Below, piece after piece: positions 40,113-41,252 of a stretch of 41,252 bases of DNA (position 1 is the stretch's first letter; every line of letters starts with the position of its first letter). Below the pieces are notes generated by a model. The model had not been told where the DNA came from. It searched no databases and saw only the letters and a list, made by a program, of their open reading frames with translations. Source of the stretch: Planctomycetota bacterium (GTDB lineage Bacteria > Planctomycetota > Phycisphaerae > UBA1845 > CAIVHJ01); contig JACZTW010000001.1 in NCBI GenBank assembly GCA_022573485.1, positions 1 to 41,252 on the forward strand, in the 5' to 3' direction. The position numbers were made by a program, and so were the translations under genes.

Positions 40113-40454
40113 ATGAGAATTGAGACGAGCAATCCACGGCGCGTGTTTCAAGTGGGCCTGCGCAAGCAGATCGATATTTCCGACTGCGGTCGTGTCTATC
40201 TGGAGCCGGACGAGCAAGTCACCTTCGTTACGCCCAGCGGCAAGGAACATGACTTCGTCGCCAAAAGCTGGGGTTTCTACGCCACGCCCTCAATCAACGG
40301 CCGGCTCGCCGATCAGGGCTTCAAGACCGCCTTGGTCAAGAACAGCTTCGGCAAGTACTACATCATGGTCGTCGATCCGGATCAAATGGCCGACTTCAAC
40401 GCCTATCTCGAAATCGAGCGCCACGAAATAGCTGAGTGGCTCGACGAGCGCTGA
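40113..40454 (+). CDS. Small (113 aa) soluble protein of unknown function
   Basis: A clean ORF beginning MRIETSNPRRVFQVGLRKQIDISDCGRVYLEPDEQVTFVTPSGKEHDF..., with coding-like composition. I recognise no motif. Confidence 0.5.
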   Translation: MRIETSNPRRVFQVGLRKQIDISDCGRVYLEPDEQVTFVTPSGKEHDFVAKSWGFYATPSINGRLADQGFKTALVKNSFGKYYIMVVDPDQMADFNAYLEIERHEIAEWLDER

Positions 40455-40578
40455 TCTGGAGCGACGGATTCTTCCCCGGCCGTTTGACGAGTCACTTGCC
40501 ACGCAAGCGCAAAGGCGCGAAGGCAGAGAAGACCGATTGTCTCCCATCTTTGTGTCTTGACGCCTTGGTGGCCGGAAT

Positions 40579-41252
40579 TCACGCCTGCCATAGCTGTTTC
40601 AGCCAGTCGTCGGTTTGCCCGACGTCGGCGGGGCTGGGCTCCGGCTGGTCTTCGGCGGCTTGTTCCTGCGGTGGAGTGCGCTCCTCGAAGAGCGCCCGGA
40701 CCGGCTTGGTGATGAAGCGGGTCAATTGGGCGAAGCTGTGGCCGTCGCCGAGGGCGTGGCGGCGATGGTAATAGCGCAGGGGAAAGTACACGTACAGCAT
40801 GTCTTTGGCGCGCGTCATCGCCACATAGAACAGGCGTCGCTCTTCGTCAATTCCGGCGTCGTTGCCGGTGGACATGTCTGACGGAATCATGCCGTCGGCG
40901 GCGTGAATAATGTGCACCACGTCCCACTCGCAGCCCTTGGCGGAGTGGATGGTGCTGAGGATCAAGTAGTCTTCATCAAGGTGCGGCGGTCCGGCGAGAT
41001 CGGATGTTGAACTCGGCGGATCGAGTGTCAAGTCGGTGATGAACTTGCAGCGCGATTTGTACGAGGCGGCGATGTTCTGCAATTGCTCGATGTCGCGCAG
41101 GCGGATGGTGTAGTTGTCATATGTTCGCTGGAAGATCGGCTCGTAGAATTCGTACAGTCGTTCCATCTGTGTCGGCAACGGTACGCCGTCAGGCTGTCCT
41201 GCGTCGGCTTGGACGCCGCTGAGTTGTTTCAAGACGGTGCAGAGCTGCTCAA
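40579..41252 (-). CDS. UvrD/Rep/PcrA-family DNA helicase, C-terminal part; the gene continues beyond the window
   Basis: ...ILSTIHSAKGCEWDVVHIIH... and ...RRLFYVAMTRAKDMLYVY... are helicase motifs V/VI of superfamily 1A. The reading frame stays open to the window edge. Confidence 0.85.
   Translation of the reverse strand, partial: EQLCTVLKQLSGVQADAGQPDGVPLPTQMERLYEFYEPIFQRTYDNYTIRLRDIEQLQNIAASYKSRCKFITDLTLDPPSSTSDLAGPPHLDEDYLILSTIHSAKGCEWDVVHIIHAADGMIPSDMSTGNDAGIDEERRLFYVAMTRAKDMLYVYFPLRYYHRRHALGDGHSFAQLTRFITKPVRALFEERTPPQEQAAEDQPEPSPADVGQTDDWLKQLWQA

Noticed and set aside
1-41252. A mobile genetic element, prophage or defence island such as restriction-modification, toxin-antitoxin, retron or Cas.
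   Set aside because: I recognised no integrase, transposase, recombinase, phage structural gene, nuclease/methylase pair or toxin-antitoxin-like small gene pair. The only repeats are short intergenic elements without coding capacity.

Overview
GC-rich (by eye about 60%), gene-dense bacterial chromosomal segment. It holds about 40 credible protein-coding genes. I found no rRNA, tRNA, CRISPR array, transposase or integrase. Gene content includes Tat-signal aldo/keto reductase, Tat-signal DUF362, a dockerin-type secreted protein, lipoproteins and McsAB. That mix suggests a Planctomycetota/PVC-like organism, but this is inference only. The window falls into three blocks. (i) 1-12.4 kb is mixed housekeeping: nuoI-nuoA-(nuoB), transaldolase, mcsA-mcsB, a PTPS/QueD-like enzyme, an atypical kinase, a GT4 fusion protein, an amino-acid permease, hemerythrin and a Zn-ADH. 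(ii) 12.7-19.6 kb is a redox cluster: a membrane-anchored unknown protein, Tat-DUF362, a NapH-like polyferredoxin, a Tat-signal aldo/keto reductase, and a convergent Zn-ribbon peptide plus NapF-like ferredoxin. The first two genes each carry a single lesion, a +1 frameshift in a T6 run and an in-frame TAG, about 400 bp apart. (iii) 21.9-40.5 kb is a large glycan island built around a NeuB/PseI/LegI-type nonulosonic-acid synthase. About 15 tightly coupled co-directional genes encode a radical SAM/SPASM enzyme, cytidylyltransferase, aminotransferase, SDR, methyl-, acetyl- and formyl-transferases, a deacetylase, an AsnB-like amidotransferase and a PP-loop sugar amidotransferase. No Wzx/Wzy/ABC export genes are present in the window. 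Three families of intergenic repeats are also present. The window ends inside a UvrD-family helicase gene. Many long ORFs in the six-frame track are antisense shadows of real genes, as expected in GC-rich DNA, and are rejected. All family calls come from motif recognition by eye. No database search was run.
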